A stretch of DNA of 64,000 nucleotides from assembly GCF_001194135.2 (NCBI RefSeq), contig NC_068981.1:31280183-31344182 (forward strand). Direction: 5' to 3'. Origin of the DNA: Octopus bimaculoides. Taxonomy: Eukaryota. The notes under the pieces are model-generated. The model did not search any database. It was given only the letters and a program-made list of their open reading frames with translations, and was not told where the DNA came from. Positions within the stretch are counted from its first letter, which is position 1. Every line of letters begins with the position of its first letter. The translations under genes and the position numbers were made by a program. Shown here one piece after another: positions 12,813 through 23,323 of this stretch.

Positions 12813-13677
12813 TTGTCGTCTAAATTACGCAAAAATGAAAATAACACCGACATCTCATTTTAACAGATATATTTAACAAAATTACATTAAAATATCTTGA
12901 AGTACTAAAGAGTAAATTTATTTAATAAAATCACCATTGGCTTCAACCACAGCCTCCAGACGACTTTGGAATATCCTTCAACTCTTCTGGACGGTTTCCT
13001 TGTTTAAGTTGGTGAATGCTGCCATAATCCTTGCAGTTCATCTTTGGTGTTACAAGGAGTTTTGTTGGTCTCTCGCTCAATTGCGCCACAAAAATAATAA
13101 TCAAAGGGTTGCAGACTGAGGAGTTAGGTGGTCAGACGTTAGAGGTGATGTGGTCACAGAAATTGTCTGACAGCCATGACTCTGTTCTCCTGATTATGTG
13201 GCATGGTGCAGAGTCCTGTTGCCAGACATGGGGTTTCCAGCAGCCACTCTCTTGACCCAGGACAACACTACCTCCTCCAGGCACTTAATGTAGGCCTCCG
13301 TGTTGAGTCTGAGGCCGTGTGGGAATATAAATGGAGGCATAACGTCTCCATCACTAGCGATCACTCCAAACACCATGATTTTGACTGGATGTTTAATTTT
13401 TATCGCTCTCAGTACATATTTTGGTGACACGGCAAGGCAAGGGTTGTTCTATGTGTTCACCATCTGTTCGTATTGGAGCTCCCGGCGCGAACGCCAAGCA
13501 GTACAGCATGCTGTTTCCAAATTTCTAGCAGAATGAATTGCGCCATGATGCTATTTTTTTCTCACAGACGGTGCCCAGCTGACACTACTAAACTGTGTAG
13601 TTGACAAAAAAAAAGGGACAAGGCACATCTGTGAAATTAAAGATATAAGATAGCGACAAGTTACCCATCACACCCTG
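12813..13677 (-). mobile_element. DD37D/maT-like Tc1/mariner remnant, internally deleted, one TIR intact
   Basis: Terminus TA-CAGGGTGTGATGGGTAACTTGTCG (reverse complement, ends 13677). ATG at 13546 (MAQFILLEIWKQHAVLLG) jumps to the catalytic region KHPVKIMVFGVIASDGDVMPPFIFPHGLRLNTEAY...WQQDSAPCH...PPNS.VCNP(L)DYY. There are about 37 residues between the last two Asp after correcting frameshifts. Only TTGTCG remains of the other TIR (12813). Confidence 0.8.
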
Positions 13678-13752
13678 TATTTATATATGCGTGTTTGTGT
13701 AAATATATATATATATATACACAGTATACACACAGTGTGAATATAATATATA

Positions 13753-13788
<36 letters not shown>

Positions 13789-14319
13789 TGTATGTATAAG
13801 GGAGCGAGCAAATAAGTTTAACGCACTCTCTTAATGACTTGTAAAGCAATTAGAATACAGCCAGTGACTGTAACACAATAAAGACAAAATGAGGTCTGTA
13901 GGATGACAAATATTGGTTTTCTGTTGTGCTAAGGAAGTGACCATATGTTACCGTTTTACTTTGAAGTGGAATGGTACTAGACATAAGGGATAAGTAATTG
14001 CTAATGTTTATCATTTTATGACATTATTATCTTAGAATGTTCGTTTACTTTCTTAAAATTCGAGAGGAGTCAATAGTTTATGATGGAGTAAGTACGGTGT
14101 TTCTTTATTTCTATTTCCATTAATTTCTTTTTTGTATTTTTCTTCATTTGTATATCTTTTTTATTAGTGTATTCTTTGTTAATGGAATGCAAAAAGTAAC
14201 ATCATGGGACAGGTATAAAACAAAGACAAATTAAAGATGATCTAACAGTGAGTTGAAGTCTACTCACTAGAAGACGCAAATGTGTACAGCTATTGTTGGA
14301 TCATATTAATGCATAGAGC

Positions 14320-14650
14320 ATTCTTGCCATATGTGGAAATCACGGCCTACAAAGAGAAAGATGCGGTATAAGCAAATCCCAGAAAGAATCACGGGAATGA
14401 AGTTTGCAAAATTCTGTGGAATGCAATGATTCAGTGCGATTACCTGACCAGATTTCGGAAACCGGACATTGTTGTAGTGAATAAAAAAGAAACAGCATGC
14501 ATGACAATCGACATAGCATGTCTCGGTGACAACAGGATCAACGAAAAAGAATAAAAACTGAACAACTACGACGATTTGGGAAGTACAAACATTATGGTCT
14601 AAGATGAGAGCAGACGTGATACCAATAGTAATTGGCGTGCTTGGAAGTAA
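14320..14650 (+). mobile_element. R4/Dong-like non-LTR retrotransposon fragment (restriction-like endonuclease domain)
   Basis: Frameshifted translation CKILWNAMIQCDYLTRFRKPDIVVVNKKETACMTIDIACLGDNRINEKE*KLNNYDDL...LWSKMRADVIPIVIGVLGS carries the RKPD...IDIA...K...Y...LW...PIVIG.LG pattern of REL-type elements. Confidence 0.8.
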
Positions 14651-14835
14651 CACCACTCTACTGCCAACGTAACTGAAAACGATTGCTACAAGTCCCTGTT
14701 AGTGTATATGTTTTCATTCATCTGCGTTACAGCGTTTTAGCTCTCATTTCTAGCAATGTAGTTGTTTTCTAACACCCTAGTCGCATTTAGTGACGTTTCT
14801 AATTCTCCTCTATGGTGAAATATTGGAAACCGTTC

Positions 14836-15015
14836 TTTTATTCTTTTATTTGTTTCACTCATTTGACTGCGGCCATGGACTTATTCTTTGTAAGCCTAGT
14901 ACTTTTGCATCGGTGCCTTTTGCCGAATTGCAAAGTTATGGGGACGTAAACACACCAGCATCGGTTGTCAAGCGATGGGGTGGGGGCAAAAACACTGACA
15001 CACAAACACATACAT

Positions 15016-15089
<74 letters not shown>

Positions 15090-15250
15090 CAGGATTATTT
15101 CAGTTTCCGTCAGCCAAATCCACTCACAATGCTTTGGTCGGCCCGATGCTATAGTAGAAGATATTTGCTAAAGATGCCACGCAGTGTGACTGAACCAGGA
15201 ATCATGTGGTTGGTAAGTATGCTACTTACCACACAGCCACTCCTGCGTCT
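14836..15250 (-). mobile_element. SINE family A copy, gap-free, internal (CA)n(TA)n, with a small deletion
   Basis: Aligns to the other family A copies; the internal repeat spans about 15000-15088. Confidence 0.85.
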
Positions 15251-15660
15251 ATGTTGTTCATTTTAATTTTATATAAACGCATTGGCCAATCGCTAAATCA
15301 TCCAATTATTTGGATGACGAAAAGATAGATACTAATGAAGAAGCGAGTCCGGAAAGAACCGAAGCCGAGCAGGATTAATTGATGAGGCGACGAAACTTAA
15401 GCATTCTCGGTCAGCACTCTTCGGACGATTATGGTCCATGCTAATTTATACGCTTTCATTCCTGTGCGCTAACTACAACGTTAATGCGTTTTAGCTCTTA
15501 ATTTTAGCAATGTAGATGATTTTTAACGACCTAGTCGCATTTGGTGACAATTGTAATTCTCCTTTTTGATGAAACATTGCAAACCGTTGGTCATATTAAT
15601 TTTATATATATGACAATATTTTAGGTAAGAGTAACCTTAACGTATTTGTTAAGCAGAATT

Positions 15661-15895
15661 AGCGTGAGGTTAGCAGAAACGTTAGCACGCCGGGCGAAAT
15701 GCTTAGCGGTATTTCGTCTGCCGCTACGTTCTGAGTTCAAATTCCGCCGAGATCGACTTTGCCTTTCATCCTTTCGGGGTCGATTAAATAAGTACCAGTT
15801 ACGCACTGGGGTCGATATAATCGACCTAATCCGTTTGTCTGTCCTTGTTTGTCCCCTCTGTATGTAGCCCCTTGTGGCTAGTAAAGAAATAAGAA
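15661..15895 (+). mobile_element. tRNA-derived SINE family B copy with tail type 1
   Basis: GCAGAAACGTTAGCACGCCGGGCGAAATGCTTAGCGGTATTTCGTC...GAGTTCAAATTCCGCCGAG (B-box-like)...TTTCATCCTTTCGGGGTCGA...TAGCCCCTTGTGGCTAGTAAAGAAATAAGAA. Homologous copies at 27585, 36867, 37770 and 43720. Confidence 0.85.
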
Positions 15896-16314
15896 TTAGC
15901 ATGAGGGTGCGTAACGCTGCTGGACCAAACGTTAGAAATTTATATACATTCAATCCATACTTCTGGCCTCCAAGCAATGAACATCTACCCACAAGGTTTG
16001 GACCCAACTGGTCCCTCATTTCCATATATGTTCGTGCATTTATGTACGATTTTGTAATAAACAGATGCGGCGTTCATTTCACATTTTGTGAACACTGATG
16101 CTAAGCTGTATCGGCTCTTGCTTTTTCACATCAAATAACATAGGTGAAAGAGAGAGAAGAGATTTGCGTAGGTGGAAAATCACTGGCCTTCTAATATAAA
16201 ATTTTTTACCTAATACTTTGCATTGGAGGGTTAAATTGCAGACGCAGATCGTTGATTTCACAGTACATAATACACACTCTCACCGGTATGATCTATCTAT
16301 CTATCTATCGATCA

Positions 16315-16350
<36 letters not shown>

Positions 16351-16367
16351 GTCTGTCTGTCTGTCTA

Positions 16368-16404
<37 letters not shown>

Positions 16405-16494
16405 ATGTATGTATGTCTGTCTGTCTATCTGTCAACATATAAATGTACATATGCATACAATACACACACATACACGCACACAAATATATATATA

Positions 16495-17379
16495 CGGAGG
16501 CAATTTCAAAAGTAAGGTTTCCAAAGCGCTAGAGACGCAGGGAAAGTATACGTGCGGTTATTGGCAACACTGTTGTGTTTTTTGTGCATGCGCCTGCCCC
16601 TATGCACGCCTCACTGCCACGCTCAGTCTTGGCTTGGCAGTCGTATCTGATGGAGTTCCTGATTGACTCTACCGCCAAGTGTAAAGTCCGAGCAGTTATT
16701 CTGTTTTTGAACGCAAAAGGGATTAAACCAATTGAAATTCATTGTCAATTAACGGAAGTGTACGGTGAGTTGTGCATGGATGTCAAAAACGTCTGCAAGT
16801 GGTGCAGGGAATTTGCAACTGGTCTTACTGAAAGAAAGAAGAAAGAAGCGGGCGACCATCAATTTCCGACGAGACAGTCGTGAAGGTTGAGCAAATTCTG
16901 CGTGAAAATCAGCGGATCACTCTGGATGATCTCCGCATTTTGATTCCTGAGCTTCCCCGAAGCACCATTCATAGGGTTTTGAGTGAAAAGTTGCAATATC
17001 GGAAAGTGAAGGCAAGATAGATCCCAAGAATACTCTCAGAAGAGCATAAACGGCAACCCACCTTATACTCTGGACTTGACACCCAGTAACTACCACTTTT
17101 TACCTAAGATGAAATAACATTTGGCCAGAATGTGCTTCAGCAACGACGACGAGGTGACAGATGAGGTTTGAACGCTTCCTCATCAACATGACGTTGAGCT
17201 GGTATGACATGGGCATACAAAAACTTACCCAGCGCCTACAAAATACATCGACCGAAATGGCGATTATGTAGAAAAATAGATAAATGTTGAAACTTTAAAA
17301 TGATGTAAACATCATTGATCATGAGCGTTTCTGTGATTTTAAAATATTTTTGGAGGCCTTACTTTTAGGATTTCCCTCG
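16495..17379 (+). mobile_element. mariner element with both TIRs and an internal deletion of most of the catalytic domain
   Basis: TA-CGGAGGCAATTTCAAAAGTAAGGTTTCCA at the left vs reverse complement TA-CGAGGGAAATCCTAAAAGTAAGGCCTCCA at the right. HTH region MEFLIDSTAKCKVRAVILFLNAKG..IEIHCQLTEVYG, then IPRILSEEHKRQ joined directly to PPYTLDLTPSNYHF (degenerate YSPDLAPSDY), ending IDRNGDYVEK*. Confidence 0.9.
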
Positions 17380-18073
17380 TATATATACTGATGAATGTGC
17401 ATGCATGATCCCTGTTAATACGTCACAATATGTATAGTTATTGAGAATAGAAAAATTGGCCGACTTAGCGAATATTAAGGCCAATGGGGGAAAAGAAATC
17501 GTTTATGGAGATGTGTAGGAGTATAGGATATGAATAGAAGCGTAAGTATGTGGTTTGCTTCGTTCCCTTAGTCTTACGCGTCCGGAGTTTATCGGGGTCC
17601 TTATGTCGTTTAGGCTGAGAGCAACTAACGGCCCTAACGGGACGGCAGTCTGCCACATGCATAACCCCATAGGTGCTACTGTACACATTTTCCACTGAGT
17701 GTACTAGAGCAACGTGAAATGAAGTACAATGAATCGTTTCTCCAAAGCAACGATCAATATTCTTACACGTTATCGACTTGGCCACAGGTTTTCACAGCAT
17801 AAATATAAATGATTAATAAAATAAATTTATGTGTAAATAAATTCATTCGTAAATTTGTTGGTTAACTATCTATGAGAGTAAAATTATATATATATACATA
17901 TATATATATATANNNNNNNNNNNNNNNNNNNNNNNNNNNNNNNNNNNNNNNNNNNNNNNNNATATATATATGGTGATTGTCTGCTCTTGTACTTACACCT
18001 TAGATCCATCACGGCGTCTGATATGGGTTTTTAAACCAGATTACGTATTGAAAAGATACCCACGTAGATTGTT

Positions 18074-18590
18074 TTAGACCACCAATCCTGCAGTTAAGTT
18101 CTGATCTTTGTGGATCTTAAAATGTATTTTGAGGCCTCCGTTAGATTTGCAGATTTTATGGCATACACGGCATCGGAAGGTGTGCACAAATATGTAGGCA
18201 GAGTAGTTGGTGGGAGTTAGTTCTCCACGAGTCCGCAAATGAAATTTGAGCCCAGCAAAAGAAATGCATGGTCGGTCACAAATTGTGCACACAAAAAGAT
18301 CACTGAGATTCATCTTCTTTAAATCTCTCTTTAAGCTCGTATTAGCCATCCTCAAATGCTTTCACTCCACTCCACACTTTTGTTCGCCATCCAGTTCGAT
18401 CCGAAGCAAGGGTATCTAGGGCCTTTAGATCCATTCCAAGTGAATTCGTGGGGTGTGCTTTCATGCGCCATTCAAACAATATAGCCAGATCATCTCATTT
18501 AATTTTTCAGAACCATTGATTCAATTGAAGTGATGCATGCAGACGCAAAGAAATCTGTGTCTGGAGTTAAAAAAAAATCCCCATTTAATG
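18074..18590 (-). mobile_element. RTE-clade LINE 3' fragment with two C2H2-like zinc fingers
   Basis: Frames give LR*SGYIV*MAHESTP (cf. RLRWxGHxxRM), GMDLKALDTLASDRTGWRTKVWSGVKAFE (RTE C-terminal A.DR..WR...G...FE), then CTICDRPCISFAGLKFHLRT and CRVCHKICKSNGGLKIHFKIH. Confidence 0.8.
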
Positions 18591-20136
18591 TCTTTGCGTC
18601 TGCAAGCATCATTTCAATTAAATATATATANNNNNNNNNNNNNNNNNNNNNNNNNNNNNNNNNNNNNNNNNNNNNNNNNNNNNNNNNNNNNNNNNNNNNN
18701 NNNNNNNNNNNNNNNNNNNNNNNNNNNNNNNNNNNNNNNNNNNNNNNNNNNNNNNNNNNNNNNNNNNNNNNNNNNNNNNNNNNNNNNNNNNNNNNNNNNN
18801 NNNNNNNNNNNNNNNNNNNNNNNNNNNNNNNNNNNNNNNNNNNNNNNNNNNNNNNNNNNNNNNNNNNNNNNNNNNNNNNNNNNNNNNNNNNNNNNNNNNN
18901 NNNNNNNNNNNNNNNNNNNNNNNNNNNNNNNNNNNNNNNNNNNNNNNNNNNNNNNNNNNNNNNNNNNNNNNNNNNNNNNNNNNNNNNNNNNNNNNNNNNN
19001 NNNNNNNNNNNNNNNNNNNNNNNNNNNNNNNNNNNNNNNNNNNNNNNNNNNNNNNNNNNNNNNNNNNNNNNNNNNNNNNNNNNNNNNNNNNNNNNNNNNN
19101 NNNNNNNNNNNNNNNNNNNNNNNNNNNNNNNNNNNNNNNNNNNNNNNNNNNNNNNNNNNNNNNNNNNNNNNNNNNNNNNNNNNNNNNNNNNNNNNNNNNN
19201 NNNNNNNNNNNNNNNNNNNNNNNNNNNNNNNNNNNNNNNNNNNNNNNNNNNNNNNNNNNNNNNNNNNNNNNNNNNNNNNNNNNNNNNNNNNNNNNNNNNN
19301 NNNNNNNNNNNNNNNNNNNNNNNNNNNNNNNNNNNNNNNNNNNNNNNNNNNNNNNNNNNNNNNNNNNNNNNNNNNNNNNNNNNNNNNNNNNNNNNNNNNN
19401 NNNNNNNNNNNNNNNNNNNNNNNNNNNNNNNNNNNNNNNNNNNNNNNNNNNNNNNNNNNNNNNNNNNNNTATATATATATATATATATATATTTTATTTA
19501 CATTATTATGATTGAAAGCCACGCATCTATTTCAAAGTAAGTTTATCTACACACACACACAAACACATGCTAAGTAACGAATATAATATTCCGAAGTCAT
19601 GTGGGAAGGAACGTGACAGTTTTGTCATGTTTGTGGGTGGATTTAGGTGTGAGTGCGTGAAAGGAGATCTCAAAATAAAATGAAAAATGAAAAGCAGGAA
19701 TGCTAGTATATCTCCGAATGTGAGTAGATTCTTAAATTAGCAAAGAAATACTTACAAATACGGAAAAAATAAAAAAGAATATAAGAAAATGTTTTTGCAT
19801 GTAGTTTTACTCTGCCACATTGGGGGAATCAAAGTCTGAGAAGAATGTTTTGTTGTTTGTGGAGAGTAAGGTGGCATATTGATAACGAAGAGAATTCAGG
19901 TAGAGTAGAAAACGATCAATATTAGTTATTCAGTGGATAGACAGAGGGTTTATGAGTTAATGAAAAAATCCCAAAGATAGAAAGGTGTGTATTGAAAAAT
20001 ACATAGATAGACAGATTTTGTGCTGGGTTTTTGTATTCATATGAACATACACAAACACGCACGCACAAACACACAGACACACATATATACATGGGTGGGT
20101 CGATAGCTAGGTAGGTGGGTCGATAGCTAGATATAT

Positions 20137-20339
20137 ACTCTTTTAGTCTTTTACTTGTTTCATTCATTTGACTGCGGCCATGCTGGAGCACCGCCCTTAG
20201 TCGAGCAAATCGAACCCGGGACTTATTCTTTGTAAGCCTAGTACTTATTCTATCGGTCTCTTTTTGCCGAACCGCTAAGTGACGGGGACATAAACACACC
20301 AGCATCGGTTGTCAAGCAATGCTAGGGGGACAAACACAG

Positions 20340-20379
<40 letters not shown>

Positions 20380-20831
20380 NNNNNNNNNNNNNNNNNNNNN
20401 NNNNNNNNNNNNNNNNNNNNNNNNNNNNNNNNNNNNNNNNNNNNNNNNNNNNNNNNNNNNNNNNNNNNNNNNNNNNNNNNNNNNNNNNNNNNNNNNNNNN
20501 NNNNNNNNNNNNNNNNNNNNNNNNNNNNNNNNNNNNNNNNNNNNNNNNNNNNNNNNNNNNNNNNNNNNNNNNNNNNNNNNNNNNNNNNNNNNNNNNNNNN
20601 NNNNNNNNNNNNNNNNNNNNNNNNNNNNNNNNNNNNNNNNNNNNNNNNNNNNNNNNNNNNNNTATATATATTTATATACGACGAGCTTCTTTCAGTTTCC
20701 GTCTACCAAATCCACTCACAAGGCTTTGGTCGGCTCGAGGCTATAGTAGAAGACACTTGCCCAAGATGCCACGCAGTGGGACTGAAGCCGGAACCATGTG
20801 GTTGGTAAGCAAGCTACTTACCACACAGCCA
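20137..20831 (-). mobile_element. SINE family A copy (N-gap at the internal microsatellite)
   Basis: Same tail, body and head as the other copies; B-box-like GGCTTCAGTCCCAC on the minus strand. Confidence 0.85.
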
Positions 20832-21719
20832 CTATATATATTTGTATGTATACACATATTTATATATGTTGTTAGTCGTTCATTGACGAAACTATAACCT
20901 TTTCCTCTCATTAGTTTTCCTGTGCACAATAGCATCAGTGACTTGGAAGTCCTAGCCGAGCGGTTTTTATTCCAGAGATCTTCTTCTCTTAGATTGATTT
21001 CCTCCATTGCAGCTAGTAAGCACTATCTACTTTTTGACGGACCATGATTTTCATCCTGCAGGTTGTACAAAAGTCACCCTTCTCACCAAACGATCTTAGT
21101 GGGGTTGTCAGTTTAGTCACCGATGATCCGACTATGCTACAGGTTCTACTGGATTACGTGGTACCAGTAGCAAGGGAGAGACAGAGAAAAAGAGAGAGAA
21201 AGAGAGAAAGAGAGAAAGAAAGAGAGACAAAGAAAGAAAGACAACGGGAAAGAGACTGACAGATAGCACTGGAAGATAGACAGATGTGTATGCGATATGA
21301 ATATATCCATACAGAGGGAGATAAGTAGATACGTGGATAGGTAGATAGGCAGAATGGAAAGGTTTCTACAGGTTAGTGGAGACAGACAAACAATGAATGC
21401 TTTGCTTAAAATATTGGTGAAGAAATAAGCAGGTAACGTAAGTGTTATATAATCATATAAGTAAATAGTTTTGTAAGTTTTAATATATGGTTGGATATAT
21501 TGGTTGATAAGAAGAAACAGATAGAACAGTTGAGAGGATAATAGGCATATAATTGTATGGTGAGATAGATAATTCAGTAGAGAAGGAGATTGACAGGTAA
21601 ATGAATGGATGAAAACATAGGTAGAATAATTGGTGAATGCTGACAGAATGGTGGATGTAGGTATATGGTTAGGGCTTGAAGGAAAAAAGTTGGCTTCAGT
21701 GATATATATGCTCCCAATT

Positions 21720-22400
21720 ATTCTGTTTTGTGTATGAATAGTCTTCTGTCAATACTTTTCAGTGATATGGTTGGGTTTGAATTGAGGGTGTGCCATCTAA
21801 AACTATATGTTTGAGGTCTTCCAATAGAGGCTTCCGAGATGTTCTCAGCCTCCTGCATTATGATACATCGTCCATAGAAAAAAATTTGCGAGCCTGTGAG
21901 TACGTGCATTACCTGATGAATTTATTATTTGTTCATCTTAGAGGCGCTCGTATTCTTTAGGTCCTAGAAACGCTTAGTGGGGCTGAGTAGTACATTTTAA
22001 TAGTGTGTTGTTTAAGAGTTGACACTATTTGTGCATTGTAGTGAAGTGATTTTTGAGTAACTTGAATAATTTACAGGCAATTGATATTGCTTCTTTTATG
22101 CTGAAAAGTGGGTAATACTAACAAATATAACTTTATCTATATTGATTTATATTTGGAAAAGCCCTAGGTGCAATCTGAATCAGATCTTACTCTAAAACCG
22201 CTTCTGGATAGATTGTTACTGTCGTATTTGCAAGAGCCCTTAAAATGTTGTCATTTGGATGATATAGAGTACAAGACCCAAAGATATATATTAGAAATTA
22301 GGGTCTTAATCATATTAATAAGGTGGTTGGAGTGCTTATGAATGTAGTTTAATGATTAAGGCTGCCTCTTTCAGATACATTTTAACGATTCAAAATAACA
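21720..22400 (-). mobile_element. Decayed Penelope-like element fragment (RT C-terminus, linker, possibly GIY-YIG)
   Basis: Minus-strand frames give YIHKHSNHL (22347-22322; cf. YIH..SNHP), NNLSRSGF, YYPLFSIKEAISIACKLFKLLKNHF...HK and NTIKMYYS (about 22010-21984; cf. WYNPPFS...KF..L..KHF..HK...NT.K.SYS). Many lesions. Confidence 0.6.
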
Positions 22401-22965
22401 TGACTTTGCATTGGACGAAATCTTTTTGAAATTAACATTGGCAGAAAGCTACAAAGCATCAAAGAGGAAAAGAATGGAAATACATGTCAGTTTTTAACTA
22501 AAGAGCTTTCTTTACCTTTACCAATGTTGCTTATTTTAAACAGAAATGAAAGATTTCTGAATTGTGGCTCACCTCATGATTTTCTGTTGTGTAAAGATCC
22601 AAGTACTTCTGTGGGAACTTATTAGAAAGTTTCTTATTGTTGCATAGAATCATTCATAGTAACTATACATAATAAATATCGAATAAACGAAAATTACATC
22701 ACGGAAAACGATATCTGATTCATGTGCAGGAGCCATATATTGGTAAGAAGCTTGTAGCAAGCTAAATCTGGAATGCAGATCCGTTTCCTAGTTAAGTCTT
22801 GTTTTATTAATTTTGATATCGTTCACTCAGAATAGGATGAGCAACACCAACTTTCAAATATTCAACTATATCATTGTAGTACTGTCATCGATTCTGTTTC
22901 TTTCTCCTCATCCTCACTCTCTGTTTGTTTCTCTTTTTGTGTCTCTTTTTCTCTCTGTTTGTGTC

Positions 22966-23013
<48 letters not shown>

Positions 23014-23265
23014 TTTCTTTCTTTGGATTTCGACTGCAATTCTAAGATCCAACATTGACGCATTGGGTGATACTGATTTGGTCCGAGACTGACGTTAAGT
23101 GTACGCGTGTTTTGGAATACTCAGCTTCTTACAAGTCAAAATAGCAGCAGAAAATCAGTTGAACAAACTGCTGAATGCTCATTGTTGAAACCGAGAAAGA
23201 ATCCGCCATGTGTATACTTGTTGAGAAAGAGCATAATTCGGTGATAAAAAGGAACCGAGAAGAGA

Positions 23266-23323
<58 letters not shown>

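Noticed and set aside
15661-15760. tRNA genes at SINE heads (also 2560-2637, 5060-5123, 46018-46090)
   Set aside because: A/B-box-like motifs only; no cloverleaf, and they continue into SINE bodies.
15901-16019. Tiny MITE suggested by ATGAGGG...GGACCAAAC inverted ends
   Set aside because: The inverted match is short and interrupted, and there is no TA target duplication.
20741-21007. 88-aa minus-strand ORF (MEEINLREEDLWNKNRSARTS…)
   Set aside because: No recognisable domain; its 3' half runs into a SINE.
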